From Bacteriovoracia bacterium (GTDB taxonomy: Bacteria > Bdellovibrionota > UBA1018 > CAIPTA01), in contig JBFWVL010000001.1 of assembly GCA_050246755.1 (NCBI GenBank), forward strand, positions 224,001-288,000: a DNA stretch of 64,000 bases, in the 5' to 3' direction. A program made the position numbers and the translations under genes. The notes beneath the pieces are model-generated. The model was not told the origin of the DNA. It was given only the letters and a program-made list of their open reading frames with translations, and ran no database searches. Below are positions 62,808 to 64,000 of the stretch, in pieces. The number at the start of each line of letters is the position of its first letter. Positions within the stretch are counted from its first letter, which is position 1.

Positions 62808-63815
62808 TTGAAAACATTGATCGTAACCGGCGCAGCAGGCTTCATCGGCTGCAATTTCGTGCGCCTCGCCCTGAGCCGCGGCTACCGCGTGGTGGGTTTC
62901 GACGCGCTCACCTACGCTGGCCACCGCGAAAATCTAGAAGGCGTTACCGGTGAGTTCGAGCTCGTGGTGGGCGATATCCGTGATGCTTCCGCGGTGAAAG
63001 ATTTATTCGCGAAATATAAGCCCAGCGCCTTCCTGAACTTCGCGGCGGAATCCCACGTGGACCGCTCGATCGCGGAACCCTTGGTGTTCGTGGAGACGAA
63101 CGTGATGGGCACCGCGAACCTGCTCGTGCACAGCGTGGACTACTGGAAGAAGAATCCCGATTTCCGTTACCTTCAGGTTTCCACCGACGAAGTATACGGC
63201 GCCCTCGGCGAAACCGGAAAATTCTCGGAAAAAACTCCGGTAAATCCTCACTCGCCTTATTCCGCCTCGAAAACCGGCGCCGACCATTTAGTGCATGCCT
63301 GGCAAAACACCTACGGCCTGCCCACGATCACCACGCGCTGCTCGAATAACTACGGCCCGTTCCAGTATCCCGAGAAACTTATTCCTCACCTCGTCAATTG
63401 CGCGCTCGCGGGCAAGCCTTTGCCGGTATACGGCGATGGGAAAAACGTGCGCGACTGGATCCACGTGGAAGACCATTGCGCCGGCATTCTCGCTGCCTTG
63501 GAAAAAGGCAAAACCGGCGAAACCTATTGCCTCGGGGGAAATGCCGAACGCCGCAATATCGATCTCGTGAAACAAATGTGCGCCGAGCTAGACCAGCTAC
63601 GCCCGAGGAAAGACGGAAAATCCTATGGCGAACAAATCACCTTCGTGAAGGATAGGGCCGGTCACGATTTCCGTTACGCCATCGACGATTCCTACGCGGC
63701 CAAAGAAATCGGCTTTACGCGTAAGCATTCCTTCGATTCCGGCCTACGCTCCACGATTCAATGGTACCTCGCTCACGAAAGCTGGAGCGCCCAGGTACTG
63801 AAAGGAAAAAAATGA
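62808..63815 (+). CDS. rfbB: dTDP-glucose 4,6-dehydratase
   Basis: [39 protein letters not shown]. Confidence 0.96.
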   Translation: MKTLIVTGAAGFIGCNFVRLALSRGYRVVGFDALTYAGHRENLEGVTGEFELVVGDIRDASAVKDLFAKYKPSAFLNFAAESHVDRSIAEPLVFVETNVMGTANLLVHSVDYWKKNPDFRYLQVSTDEVYGALGETGKFSEKTPVNPHSPYSASKTGADHLVHAWQNTYGLPTITTRCSNNYGPFQYPEKLIPHLVNCALAGKPLPVYGDGKNVRDWIHVEDHCAGILAALEKGKTGETYCLGGNAERRNIDLVKQMCAELDQLRPRKDGKSYGEQITFVKDRAGHDFRYAIDDSYAAKEIGFTRKHSFDSGLRSTIQWYLAHESWSAQVLKGKK

Positions 63816-64000
63816 AGGGCATCATCCTCGCGGGAGGAAGCGGCACTCGTCTCTATCCCGTAACGAACGCGATCTCCAAGCAGCTCCTGCCGATCTACAA
63901 TAAGCCCACGATCTATTATCCGCTCTCGGTGCTGATGCTCGCCGGTATCCAAGAAATCCTGGTGATCTCCACGCCCCGCGATCTGCCGCTCATTAAAAAC
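63812..64000 (+). CDS. rfbA: Glucose-1-phosphate thymidylyltransferase, partial
   Basis: [18 protein letters not shown]...[11 protein letters not shown]; ATGA overlap with rfbB; truncated by window end. Confidence 0.95.
   Translation, partial: MKGIILAGGSGTRLYPVTNAISKQLLPIYNKPTIYYPLSVLMLAGIQEILVISTPRDLPLIKN

Noticed and set aside
52967-62924. Long antisense ORFs (e.g. 52967-53704, 58965-59609, 62148-62924)
   Set aside because: Lie opposite well-conserved genes with strong GC3 bias, which suppresses antisense stops; no recognisable motifs.

Overview
This is a gene-dense chromosomal window from a Gram-negative bacterium. Gene content (Agl-Glt gliding-type clusters, secreted proteases, minor pilins, degenerate HD-GYP) suggests a Bdellovibrionota/Oligoflexia-like or myxobacteria-related lineage; this is inference only. 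In order it contains: an M4 metalloprotease; DUF507-murJ; a gltF-gltG-OM barrel-gltC-like operon; a lipoprotein/outer-membrane-barrel pair; aminotransferase-coaD-rsmD; a 928-aa intact protein with an Eco57I/type IIG DNA-methyltransferase architecture whose catalytic motifs appear eroded; two minor pilins (one ending in a dockerin-like domain, one in Cys-rich repeats) coupled to a histidine kinase and sigma54 regulator; a pseudo-receiver/coiled-coil plus degenerate HD-GYP pair; ferredoxin; a complete minus-strand rRNA operon (16S-tRNAIle-23S-5S); an apparently split metalloprotease (catalytic lipoprotein plus separately encoded FTP/PepSY-like propeptide) divergent from a cglB-aglRQS-gltD-like operon; cpoB-like/tsaP-like/dprA; leucine catabolism genes; hbd-crt-acyl-CoA dehydrogenase with an isobutyryl-CoA-mutase-type enzyme; xerC, AI-2E transporter, trmFO, eno, ftsB, rfbB and the start of rfbA. 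No CRISPR array, IS element or prophage was seen. Several genes appear leaderless. All protein assignments come from motif recognition by eye, not from database searches.
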